A stretch of 64,000 nt of DNA from an uncultured virus (IMG/VR IMGVR_UViG_3300045996_000435) (Duplodnaviria; Heunggongvirae; Uroviricota; Caudoviricetes), in IMG/VR virus record IMGVR_UViG_3300045996_000435. The stretch is one strand, 5' to 3'. Below, one piece after another: positions 28,538 through 37,233 of the stretch. Position 1 is the first letter of the stretch. Each line of letters opens with the position of its first letter. The notes below the pieces were generated by a model. It saw nothing but the letters and a program-made list of their open reading frames with translations. It was not told where the DNA came from and did not search any database. A program made the position numbers and the translations under genes.

Positions 28538-29755
28538 GTGACTCCATCTAATTCTTCTTATAATAAACAAACTTGCCCTGATGTGGTAAGTTCTAACTGC
28601 ACGATCTGGAATGGTCCAGATATTCCTTGTATGAGTATTTGTCAAGGAGATACAGTTAGTGATGTTGTTTATAAGGCAGGTATTTTAATATGTCAATTAA
28701 AAGACGATATTAATTTAGAGGATATTGATCTTAAATGTTTAGTAGAAGCTTGTTTAACTTGTCCTTCTCCTGAAAAGACTCTTAAAAATATAATTCAACT
28801 CCTGATAAATAAAGTATGTACTTTAGAGGATTTGATTGAAAATATTGATGGTGGTTCCACTGTTAATTCTGATACACTTAATGTTAACCTACGTTGCCTT
28901 GCTATATTGGATGGTTCAGGTAATGTACTTAACGATGACAATAATAATGAAATCGTTCAGTCTATTATTGATCAAGTTTGTGCTAATAAAACAGATATTG
29001 ATTTAATTAAAAATCAAGTTGAAGACATAGATACTCGTCTTACTGATTTAGAAGATGCTCCTGCTCCTACATTAACTATTCCAAATGTTAATGGTTCTTG
29101 TTATGGTACTAATGAACCAATAACGAACGTAGTAAGAGACATGTCTGAAGAGTTTTGTGATTATAAAGAAGCTTTGGGAACTGTTACACAGATGACGCAA
29201 GCAATTGCACAACAGTGTACTAATTTGCAAACTACTTATGGATCAACTACAGGCTTTACAGCTGCTCCTACAAATCTATCTCAAGGTGTTAGAAATCTTT
29301 GGGTAGTTTTATGTGATGTTTTAAATCGTGTAACTTCTATTGAAGATACATGTTGTGCTCCTTCTTGTGACTTGGTTAAAGTTGGGTTCCAAACTGTATT
29401 CGAAAGTAATACTGTTAAACTACAGTTTACTTCTGGAGCTGGAACTTCTATACCTTTTGGATTTACAGATTGTGGTTCAGAACTTACAATCTCTGATAGT
29501 GATGGAAATACTGTTACTGTACCACTCCAAATTGCTAATAACTATACTAGTGATGACATTGATTTGTCTGTCTTCTCTCCTGGAGAAATGCTTACATTCG
29601 ATGTTTTAGTTAAGATGTGTTCTGATGGATTAACTTGTGAAAAGTGCGTAAGTAAATTGATTACTTATAAATCAAGTGAATGTTGTTCAGTTACGAATAT
29701 AGGTGAAGATACTGTAACAATTATGTATGAAACTGATTTAAATACTGGAGGATAA
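28538..29755 (+). CDS. Cys-rich structural/fibre protein (GTG start)
   Basis: Cys-rich N-terminal module, coiled-coil segments, beta C-terminus. Confidence 0.65.
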   Translation: MTPSNSSYNKQTCPDVVSSNCTIWNGPDIPCMSICQGDTVSDVVYKAGILICQLKDDINLEDIDLKCLVEACLTCPSPEKTLKNIIQLLINKVCTLEDLIENIDGGSTVNSDTLNVNLRCLAILDGSGNVLNDDNNNEIVQSIIDQVCANKTDIDLIKNQVEDIDTRLTDLEDAPAPTLTIPNVNGSCYGTNEPITNVVRDMSEEFCDYKEALGTVTQMTQAIAQQCTNLQTTYGSTTGFTAAPTNLSQGVRNLWVVLCDVLNRVTSIEDTCCAPSCDLVKVGFQTVFESNTVKLQFTSGAGTSIPFGFTDCGSELTISDSDGNTVTVPLQIANNYTSDDIDLSVFSPGEMLTFDVLVKMCSDGLTCEKCVSKLITYKSSECCSVTNIGEDTVTIMYETDLNTGG

Positions 29756-29758
29756 TTA

Positions 29759-30247
29759 ATGCCAACTGTAATAAAAACTGTAATTTTAAGTCCGGGAGAA
29801 ACGTTTACGTTACCTCCTGGTGCTAGTATTATATATACAAGTAGCCTTGAGAGCTTAAGCACTACTTGTGAAGATATATTAAATGCTTCATCTGAACTTT
29901 ATTGTTTCAGAATGGAATGGTCAAGTAATAGAAATCAAGCTGATTCCCCTGCATTAGAACAACAAGACACAACTGTAGAATCTATACTTGTTAATGGAGT
30001 TACTTATGCATTAAATCATGATGATGAAACTAACGTTCCTACTTTAATAGATGCTATTGAAAATGCAATAGGAACTGGAGTTTTGTTGAATTTAGGTGGA
30101 GGTGATGCAGGTAGTACATCTGATAGATATGTTAGATATATTACTTTTCAGGCTCCTCAAAGTCTTGGTAAGACTGTTGAACTTAAATTAATTGGTCCTG
30201 GATTTAGTCAAGGTTTGTTTGCTAAAGCTCAAGAAATTGTTTGCTAA
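29759..30247 (+). CDS. Putative structural protein
   Basis: ORF within fibre cluster. Confidence 0.6.
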   Translation: MPTVIKTVILSPGETFTLPPGASIIYTSSLESLSTTCEDILNASSELYCFRMEWSSNRNQADSPALEQQDTTVESILVNGVTYALNHDDETNVPTLIDAIENAIGTGVLLNLGGGDAGSTSDRYVRYITFQAPQSLGKTVELKLIGPGFSQGLFAKAQEIVC

Positions 30248-30267
30248 TAATAAAATAATTTATAAAT

Positions 30268-32211
30268 ATGTCTTGTCCCTGTTCAAATTGCTCATCTAGT
30301 CAAACAACTACTACAACTCTTAACTGTACTCCAGTTAATTATTGTGTAGATGGTTGTCCTGATATATTAGACTCTAAATGTATAGTCTATAAAGGAGACG
30401 ATTTAACTTGTACTTTAATAGAAGCTAATGATACTATTGAAGATGCAATTGTTAAATTAGATACAGCTATTTGTGGTATTACAAATGATTCAGATGATAA
30501 AATGGTTCGTATATCATCTGCTGATACAACTAGTGGGTATTTAGAAGATAAAATTATTGCAGGTGACTATATTACTGTTGATAAACTCAATACAGGTCTA
30601 AATGAAAGTTTAGAAGTAAATGTAGATTATGCTGCTTTATCTGGATTGCTAGTTCAAACTCCTCTAGTAGTTACTAGTACTGATAATAGTATATTCTTCG
30701 CTCAATCTGGTACAGCTAATCATACTGTTAACTTAAAAGTTAATGTTTCCGGTGATGCTGGCAATATAGTTCAAATGTACGCTGATGGTCTTTATGTACA
30801 AGCTAGTGAAGTTCATAAAGTAATGAGTAATAATTTGGATGAAATTCCAGATTATTTGGAATCTAAAATAGTTGCAGGTAGTAATATTACACTTACTTCA
30901 GTTCCTTATACTGTAGGCTCTGATAATGGATATAGAATTAGAATTGATGCTGCAACAAGCATATCACCTAATTTGACTATTACTTCTCCTGACAGTTCAA
31001 TTACTATTGTACAAGGTGGAACACAGGGTCACGTTGTAACCTTAGCTTGTGGTACAACTGCAGATAATGGTCTTACAAAAACTTTAAATAATACACAGCT
31101 CGGTGGAGTCTTGATTCAAGATACTTACATTGATGCTATGAATTATAACTTCTTGACAACTAATGCAAATGCTGTTGAGTTTTATAATTTAGCTGGTATG
31201 GGATTGGGTATTAGTCCAACTGATACTAATCTTACTGCTATTAATAATCTTACTTTATCTGGCGAGAACGTAATAATTGAAGGTTTAGGTGGTTCTATTA
31301 GTCTTACAGCTAGTACTGATTTGACTCTTACTGCTCAGACTGTAACTATTACACCAAGTGGTTCTTTGGAATTAGTTAATATTCCTACAACTACACTTGG
31401 TACTGGTAAAGTGTTATTCTTAACTGCTGCAAATGAAGTTAAAAACTTTGATCTTGCTGCATATATTGGAGCAACTACTGTAACAGGTGGAAATGGTCTT
31501 ACTAAAAGTGGTAGTACAATTAAGCTTGGTGGTTCTCTTACTGAACTTACTACAGTTAATACTACTGGATTTACTTTGAACTTTAGTAAAAGTACTAACT
31601 CTGCAGGTAATGTTCTTGCAACTAATCACAGTGTATCCTTTACAGGAGCGGCTACAACAGATTCAACACAATCTTTTTATGCTGGTATTTTTAATCAGGT
31701 AGCTTGGCTTAAAGCTAGTGATTCAGCTTTACATGCAGATACTAAGATGGGAGCAAGTCTTCATTCTTTCTATTTTGTTCAAGCTGGCAATATAACTGGA
31801 ACAGCTAAACCTGGTATAGTAAGTATATATGCTTTGTTAGGAAGTACAGGTAATATACCTTTCTTATCTAATATTGCTATTGCTGCTCCTAAACAAGCTT
31901 CTGGATTTACTTATACTGGAGTAATTACTGATTACTATGGTATCTATATTGAAGATTTAGCTTCTAGTGATTGCGAGGCTCAACTTACTAATAAGTATGG
32001 TATTTATCAAGCAGGTACTATTGATAGTAACTACTTTGGAGGTCCTACTAGATTTGTAAGTGGTATTAAATGGGAATCTAAAGCTGGTGATCCTGGAACT
32101 TCTGATATAGCAGATGGTTATTGGGGTGTATGGAAAAATACATCAACTGGTGATATTAAACTTTGGGCTAATAATGGAGGTGTTATGGAATCCTCTGCTG
32201 CTCTTGCATAA
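30268..32211 (+). CDS. Second fibre protein with Cys-rich N-terminus
   Basis: YLE.KI.AG x2 and NGLTK..LGG.L x2 repeats; T/G/S-rich. Confidence 0.7.
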   Translation: MSCPCSNCSSSQTTTTTLNCTPVNYCVDGCPDILDSKCIVYKGDDLTCTLIEANDTIEDAIVKLDTAICGITNDSDDKMVRISSADTTSGYLEDKIIAGDYITVDKLNTGLNESLEVNVDYAALSGLLVQTPLVVTSTDNSIFFAQSGTANHTVNLKVNVSGDAGNIVQMYADGLYVQASEVHKVMSNNLDEIPDYLESKIVAGSNITLTSVPYTVGSDNGYRIRIDAATSISPNLTITSPDSSITIVQGGTQGHVVTLACGTTADNGLTKTLNNTQLGGVLIQDTYIDAMNYNFLTTNANAVEFYNLAGMGLGISPTDTNLTAINNLTLSGENVIIEGLGGSISLTASTDLTLTAQTVTITPSGSLELVNIPTTTLGTGKVLFLTAANEVKNFDLAAYIGATTVTGGNGLTKSGSTIKLGGSLTELTTVNTTGFTLNFSKSTNSAGNVLATNHSVSFTGAATTDSTQSFYAGIFNQVAWLKASDSALHADTKMGASLHSFYFVQAGNITGTAKPGIVSIYALLGSTGNIPFLSNIAIAAPKQASGFTYTGVITDYYGIYIEDLASSDCEAQLTNKYGIYQAGTIDSNYFGGPTRFVSGIKWESKAGDPGTSDIADGYWGVWKNTSTGDIKLWANNGGVMESSAALA

Positions 32212-32212
32212 T

Positions 32213-32551
32213 ATGAAAGTACTTAAAAAAATATTTAAATATATAGAACCTTTATGGCTAGGGAATGATGGTAAAATTTCTTTACGATCTTCTCTAGCTA
32301 TAGTGTTTTCTATTGATCTAGTTATAAATTTACATACTGTAATTGCTTTATTCCCTAAAACAGTTAAATTAAATACAGTAGCCGAAGTAGTAAATGCTTT
32401 AATGGCGGGATTAGCTCAGGCAGGTGTGATACTTAGTATCGAAGCTGCTATGATTGGAATGTTGTTAGGAATTAAAGCGTGGCAAACTCTAAAGGAGAAT
32501 AAGCTAGCAGATAAGCAAACCCCTATTGAACAACCACAGGAACATGTATAA
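32213..32551 (+). CDS. Holin-like membrane protein (probable start 32213)
   Basis: Two hydrophobic helices; G.DGKIS.R start; near endolysin. Confidence 0.55.
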   Translation: MKVLKKIFKYIEPLWLGNDGKISLRSSLAIVFSIDLVINLHTVIALFPKTVKLNTVAEVVNALMAGLAQAGVILSIEAAMIGMLLGIKAWQTLKENKLADKQTPIEQPQEHV

Positions 32552-32853
32552 TGGTGAAAAATATATTCGGAATCTTGAAAAGAGATTTCAAGCTTGCTCT
32601 TATAGCTATACTTTTTGCAGCTGTAGCTTATTTATTTTATCAGTACGTAGTAATAGTTAACAGTACAACAAAACCATGCACAGAGGAACTACAGGAATTA
32701 CGTGGAAAAGTTTTAGACTTGCAGGAAATGCGTCTGAAAGAAGCCGAGAGAATGAATGCCTTAGTAGATTCTTTGAAGGATCAGCAGAGAAAGAGAGAGC
32801 GAGAATTAGACTCGCTGATATATATTCTAAAAAGCAAAGTAAAGTCGAAATGA
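32551..32853 (+). CDS. Membrane-anchored coiled-coil protein (lysis/spanin-like)
   Basis: One TM helix plus coiled coil. Confidence 0.5.
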   Translation: MVKNIFGILKRDFKLALIAILFAAVAYLFYQYVVIVNSTTKPCTEELQELRGKVLDLQEMRLKEAERMNALVDSLKDQQRKRERELDSLIYILKSKVKSK

Positions 32854-33119
32854 GAAAAATAACGATTGGCTTCTTTGTATTTTTACCCCTATTTTTTTTA
32901 CTTAGCGCAACTAAAGGAACGTTAAATAATGCTGCTAAAGTAGACCCAATAGAAGCAAAAATACAAGCTTTAGATAGCTCAACAATCACTGCTGCCTCTG
33001 AATTAGATGGTCTATACTATAATAATCTTACAAAGCTATATGTAGCTGCTTATTATTTAGATTCATTAAAAAACCAAAATGAAAAAATTAAACCTGAAAC
33101 AGTGGTGGAGCAAAAATAA
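32850..33119 (+). CDS. Exported small protein (probable start 32850)
   Basis: ATGA overlap; MRKITIGFFVFLPLFFLLSA signal/TM segment. Confidence 0.5.
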   Translation: MRKITIGFFVFLPLFFLLSATKGTLNNAAKVDPIEAKIQALDSSTITAASELDGLYYNNLTKLYVAAYYLDSLKNQNEKIKPETVVEQK

Positions 33120-33873
33120 AATTGGAGTAATCTTTACAGGGTTACTTTTAATTAGCTTTATAACTATAGGTATTCTTATTAATATTATAAGAACCGATAA
33201 AGCAGATGCTAAGGCTGCTAAAAAACAGCATGACCAAAATGTAGCTGCTTTAACAGATTCTCTTCGCGTGACTAAAGATAAACTGGGAAGGGAAGAGTTT
33301 AATAAAACTGCTTTTGTAGCAGCTTTGGAAGATCTTAAGAAAATGAACTTAGATCTTTATAATGAAGTTAAAGCTATAAAAGGTCAAGTTAAATCAATTG
33401 CAAAAGTAACTGCTGAAATTGCTGGAGATACGAGTTTAAATATAGCAACGACTAAAGAACCTGTTATCTTAAAAAGTGGAGACACTGCATATAATTATAA
33501 TTGGAGGGGAGATACAACCTATTCTCCAGGCAATTACAGGCGTTTAGCGGGCACTACTTTTACAAGTAAGGAATATAACCAGACAAAGCTTACAGAGGAT
33601 AGAATAGGGTTTAAATTGGTCACAGGGGTTAAACAAAACCCACAAACTAAGCAGTATGAGATATTTGCTAAGACTGATTACCCTGGATTGGAAATTACAG
33701 GGCTTGAGGGAGCTGTTCTTGACCCATCCTTATTCTCTAAGCCAAAACGAAAGAAACTAATAACTCTTGGTGCTCATGTGGGTTATAGTCCTTTTCAATA
33801 TAATTTAGGACAAAGAAAAATAACCTTTGATCAGTTAATAACTGGTAGTGTAGGGATTAATATAAATTTTTAA
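33079..33873 (+). CDS. Spanin-like envelope protein
   Basis: N-terminal TM helix, coiled coil, C-terminal beta strands ending in F. Confidence 0.5.
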   Translation: MKKLNLKQWWSKNKIGVIFTGLLLISFITIGILINIIRTDKADAKAAKKQHDQNVAALTDSLRVTKDKLGREEFNKTAFVAALEDLKKMNLDLYNEVKAIKGQVKSIAKVTAEIAGDTSLNIATTKEPVILKSGDTAYNYNWRGDTTYSPGNYRRLAGTTFTSKEYNQTKLTEDRIGFKLVTGVKQNPQTKQYEIFAKTDYPGLEITGLEGAVLDPSLFSKPKRKKLITLGAHVGYSPFQYNLGQRKITFDQLITGSVGININF

Positions 33874-33874
33874 A

Positions 33875-34291
33875 ATGTCATACACAAAAGTAATTAGTAG
33901 ACTTTATGCTTTAGAAAGGTTAGTTAAAAACCTTATTGGTAAAGTAAATTCTGCTGCATCTTCTTATCAAGCTTATGTGGCGATTATTTCGCAAAGTGGT
34001 TCTTCTGAACCTGTAGTGACAGTATTGAATGAAAATGCTAGTAACTACTTAGGTCCAATATTGTGGACTAGAAATGCTAGTGGAGAATATTTTGGAATTA
34101 GTGCAGGAGCTTTTCCGGTTGCTAAAACTTGGTTAATGGCTGGACAAGGAGCTCCTACAAGTGCAATAGCAATTGTTAACATTACGAGAGCTAGTGATAA
34201 TCAAGTTACTCTCTTTTATACGAATACTGCAACTGGAGCTGCTACTGATAATTTTGTAGACTTAGCTGTAGAGATACGAGTATATCCTTAA
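33875..34291 (+). CDS. Small fibre-tip-like structural protein
   Basis: YVAIISQSG..P..VLNE..WTR..GEY..VEIRVY. Confidence 0.55.
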   Translation: MSYTKVISRLYALERLVKNLIGKVNSAASSYQAYVAIISQSGSSEPVVTVLNENASNYLGPILWTRNASGEYFGISAGAFPVAKTWLMAGQGAPTSAIAIVNITRASDNQVTLFYTNTATGAATDNFVDLAVEIRVYP

Positions 34292-34301
34292 ATTAATATA
34301 A

Positions 34302-34424
34302 ATGAAGAAATCTTTTTCATCTTCTTTTAAAGTAGTATTTGGAAAAAGAAAAGGTAGAAAAGCTAGTAAGTCTAAAGGACCTAAAGATAAGAGAGTTTCT
34401 AAATACAGAGGACAAGGAAGATAA
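34302..34424 (+). CDS. 40-aa highly basic peptide ending YRGQGR (not in track)
   Basis: MKKSFSSSFKVVFGKRKGRKASKSKGPKDKRVSKYRGQGR. Confidence 0.7.
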   Translation: MKKSFSSSFKVVFGKRKGRKASKSKGPKDKRVSKYRGQGR

Positions 34425-34434
34425 AACCAAATAA

Positions 34435-34947
34435 ATGATAGATCAAATAACCTTAGACAGGATTGAAAAACTTCATCCTAAAGTTAAAGAAGAAGTAAAG
34501 AATATTTACTTAAATGAAATTGTGCCTGCTTTATCAGGTAAGGCTGGTTGTAGATTTGCTTATACTATTAGAACAGATGCTGAACAAGCTGCTCTTTATG
34601 CTAAAGGTAGAACAACTCCTGGACCTAAAGTAACTAATGCAGCTGCTGGACAGTCTATTCATAATTATGGACTTGCTTTGGATATAGTTCTTCTTTATGA
34701 TAAAGATAGTAATGGAACTTTTGAGACAGCTACTTGGGATATGAAAGCAGACTTTGATAATGATAAGAAAGCTGATTGGATGGAAGTAGTTGCTATTTTT
34801 GAGAAACATGGTTGGACTTGGGGTGGTAGATGGACTAAATTTCCAGATGGACCTCACTTTGAAAAACCTTTTGGGCATACATGGAAAACTTTACAAGCTG
34901 CTAGAAAAGCAGGTAAAGTAGATGGTCAAGGCTTTGTAATAATTTAA
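34435..34947 (+). CDS. Endolysin, M15 family L-Ala-D-Glu peptidase
   Basis: R..EQ..LY..GRT, VTNA..GQS.HNYGLALD, WGG.W..D.PHFE. Confidence 0.92.
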   Translation: MIDQITLDRIEKLHPKVKEEVKNIYLNEIVPALSGKAGCRFAYTIRTDAEQAALYAKGRTTPGPKVTNAAAGQSIHNYGLALDIVLLYDKDSNGTFETATWDMKADFDNDKKADWMEVVAIFEKHGWTWGGRWTKFPDGPHFEKPFGHTWKTLQAARKAGKVDGQGFVII

Positions 34948-34988
34948 CAATAAATCTTAGTTGATTGTTAGTAATCAACACTTAACCG

Positions 34989-35450
34989 ATGGCAAAACAA
35001 TTTTATGCTAAATCCGGTCTGATCTCCACCAAAGCTAGGATAGGAGGATTCGACATTAATAGAATGGTTAAAAGCATTCTACAAACCTTTAAAATACCTG
35101 TAATAGATGCTTGCTGTGATGACACTGAACGTCTTATTGCAGTTTACCCTCAAGTAGCTCAAGATAATATTGCAGCTGCTGCAGGAGGTGCTATTTCTGT
35201 AACTAATTATTTGACTACTATTAATACTGATGCTGGTGGAGATACTTTTACTCTTGCAGATGGAAGTGTTATAGGACAAATGAAGAAGATTCTTTTGGTA
35301 GTTGATGGTGGTGGTAACGCTGTTATTACTCCAGCTAACCTTGCTGCTGGTACAACTATTACTATGAACGATGCTGCTGACTTTGTTATTCTTCAATGGA
35401 ATGGTACTGAGTGGGTAGTTATTGAAAATTCAGGTTCGACTGTAGCTTAA
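34989..35450 (+). CDS. Head decoration/fibre-like protein
   Basis: TLADG..GQMK..DGG..TITMNDA.DFV. Confidence 0.55.
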   Translation: MAKQFYAKSGLISTKARIGGFDINRMVKSILQTFKIPVIDACCDDTERLIAVYPQVAQDNIAAAAGGAISVTNYLTTINTDAGGDTFTLADGSVIGQMKKILLVVDGGGNAVITPANLAAGTTITMNDAADFVILQWNGTEWVVIENSGSTVA

Positions 35451-35485
35451 TTTCTTTTTTTTAATATTTAAACAATTCAATTGAC

Positions 35486-35809
35486 ATGGCAAGAAATCTA
35501 ACAACTACCGGCACATTTAGAAATGCTGGTACGCCACAAACCCTGACTGGTGCAGGTGCTGTTAATTTAACGACGTACGCCACTTTGTTGGTGACAACAG
35601 GAGCTAATGCTTTGACGCTAGCTGCTGGTGCAGAAGGTCAACACAAATTTATCCGCATGAAGACTGATGGTGGAGATGGTACACTTACTGTAACAAATTT
35701 ACAGGGTGGAACTACCATTACTTTTAATGATGCTGGTGATTTTGTTCATCTTTTTTACGTTGATGCTAAATGGCACATCCTTACGAATTCAGGCGCTACT
35801 GTTGCGTAA
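35486..35809 (+). CDS. Paralog of preceding decoration-like domain
   Basis: TLAAG..GQHK..DGG..TITFNDA.DFV..NSG.TVA. Confidence 0.6.
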   Translation: MARNLTTTGTFRNAGTPQTLTGAGAVNLTTYATLLVTTGANALTLAAGAEGQHKFIRMKTDGGDGTLTVTNLQGGTTITFNDAGDFVHLFYVDAKWHILTNSGATVA

Positions 35810-35811
35810 TA

Positions 35812-35858
35812 AACTTTTAAGATTTATTTGGTTAGTATGAAAAAAATAATTATATTAT
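35812..35858 (+). promoter_or_regulatory. Degenerate palindrome plus variant promoter
   Basis: AACTTTTAAGATT; TTTG 35827-35830; TATATTAT 35851-35858. Confidence 0.55.
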
Positions 35859-35861
35859 ATT

Positions 35862-35992
35862 ATAATATTAAATTTCATTATTAACATATAAACCAAACAC
35901 GCACAGGAAATTATTTTACTTTATTGAGAAGAGGGTTTTTTGGTTTCCCTACTTCTTAGTTGGTAGGGGCTCTTAACGGAGTCCCTTTTTTT
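35862..35992 (+). ncRNA. Candidate ~130-nt non-coding RNA / attenuator
   Basis: Bounded by promoter and terminator; no credible ORF; alternative hairpins. Confidence 0.4.
35966..35992 (+). terminator. Rho-independent terminator
   Basis: GGGGCTC-TTAACG-GAGTCCC-T7. Confidence 0.8.
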
Positions 35993-36003
35993 ATGCCTAA
36001 TAA

Positions 36004-36035
36004 TTTGGAAGTTTGCCTTTTTTTGCTTATCTTTG
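36004..36035 (+). promoter_or_regulatory. Bacteroidota-type promoter (tandem 1)
   Basis: TTTG-N20-TATCTTTG. Confidence 0.7.
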
Positions 36036-36109
36036 TACTTCTGGGGATCGGGAGAATTGGAGATATTGGATACAAAGGGATTGGATATCTTGAGAATCCG
36101 GCAATTAAA

Positions 36110-36141
36110 TTTGGAAGTTTACCGGAAAATTCGTATCTTTG
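36110..36141 (+). promoter_or_regulatory. Bacteroidota-type promoter (tandem 2)
   Basis: TTTG-N20-TATCTTTG. Confidence 0.72.
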
Positions 36142-36162
36142 TATTACAATTAATTAGATATA

Positions 36163-37098
36163 ATGATAAGTTATCAAGAATTAAAAGACAAGTTTTTTCA
36201 ACATCCGTCTTATTTTAAGAAGGGTAATCAATTTTTAGCGGATCAGTTTAATGTTCCTGTTAATATAGTTGCTGCTCTTCGTACAGAATGGAATGGATTA
36301 AGAAAAGGAGCTGCTATTGTAAATGAAGCAGAAACTGAAATTTCTCGAAAGCAGAAAGTTCTCATTTACGATTTGGAGACTTCTTATAATATCGTCTCAA
36401 CCTGGCGAGTAGGAAATAAGGTAAGTCTTCCTCACTATTCCATTATAAGAGAACGTGCAATTATTTGTGTATCTTATAAATGGGTAGGAGAAGATGAAGT
36501 ATATAATATTGCTTGGGATAGCAATCAATGTGATAAATCTCTTCTAGAAGAGTTTATTAAAGTAATGAATGAAGCTGATATCATTGTAGCTCACAATGGA
36601 GATCGTTTTGATCTTAAATGGCTTAAAACAAGAGCACTGAAGCATGGATTAGAAATGCTTCCTTATTATACACAAGTAGATACTAAATGGTTGGCTAGTA
36701 AACATTTTTACTTTAACTCTAATAAACTTGATTATATTGCTAAGTTTCTTGGGTTTGAGGGTAAGATTAATACTGAACCAGAACTGTGGGATAAGATCAT
36801 TTTACATAAAGATCCTATAGCTTTAGAAAATATGATTGAGTACTGTAATGAAGATGTTAGACAGCTTGAGAAAGTTTATGTTAAACTAAGTACTTGGGAT
36901 AGGCCTAAACAGCACGTAGGAGTCATTGTAAACGACGATAAGCTTTCTTCGCCAATATCTGGTAGTACAAACTTAGAGCTCGTTAAAACGACTGCAACGT
37001 CTACAGGGAATAAGAAGCGAATTATGCGAGATTTGGATACAGGACGTTTGTTCGAAATGTCAGATGCAAATTATAAAAGATATATTAACTTGTCATAA
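36163..37098 (+). CDS. DnaQ/RNase H-like 3'-5' exonuclease
   Basis: IYDLET, AHNGDRFD, YCNEDV. Confidence 0.85.
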   Translation: MISYQELKDKFFQHPSYFKKGNQFLADQFNVPVNIVAALRTEWNGLRKGAAIVNEAETEISRKQKVLIYDLETSYNIVSTWRVGNKVSLPHYSIIRERAIICVSYKWVGEDEVYNIAWDSNQCDKSLLEEFIKVMNEADIIVAHNGDRFDLKWLKTRALKHGLEMLPYYTQVDTKWLASKHFYFNSNKLDYIAKFLGFEGKINTEPELWDKIILHKDPIALENMIEYCNEDVRQLEKVYVKLSTWDRPKQHVGVIVNDDKLSSPISGSTNLELVKTTATSTGNKKRIMRDLDTGRLFEMSDANYKRYINLS

Positions 37099-37132
37099 TC
37101 TAATAAATTGTCTCCGTAATTGGAGGCCACCT

Positions 37133-37159
37133 GGGGTAGTCAAAAGCTACCCCTTTTTT
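37133..37159 (+). terminator. Rho-independent terminator
   Basis: GGGGTAGT-CAAAA-GCTACCCC-T6. Confidence 0.85.
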
Positions 37160-37167
37160 ATGCTTTA

Positions 37168-37214
37168 AACTTTAAAAGTTAATTTGTCTATGTACAGTAA
37201 ATTTATTATATTAT
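37168..37214 (+). promoter_or_regulatory. Palindrome plus variant promoter
   Basis: AACTTTAAAAGTT 37168-37180; TTTG-N20-TATATTAT. Confidence 0.65.
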
Positions 37215-37233
37215 ATTAGGGAATAGTGTATTT

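Noticed and set aside
35960..36218. Track ORFs 35960-36157 and 36033-36218
   Set aside because: They span a terminator and two promoters, have TTG starts and implausible sequence
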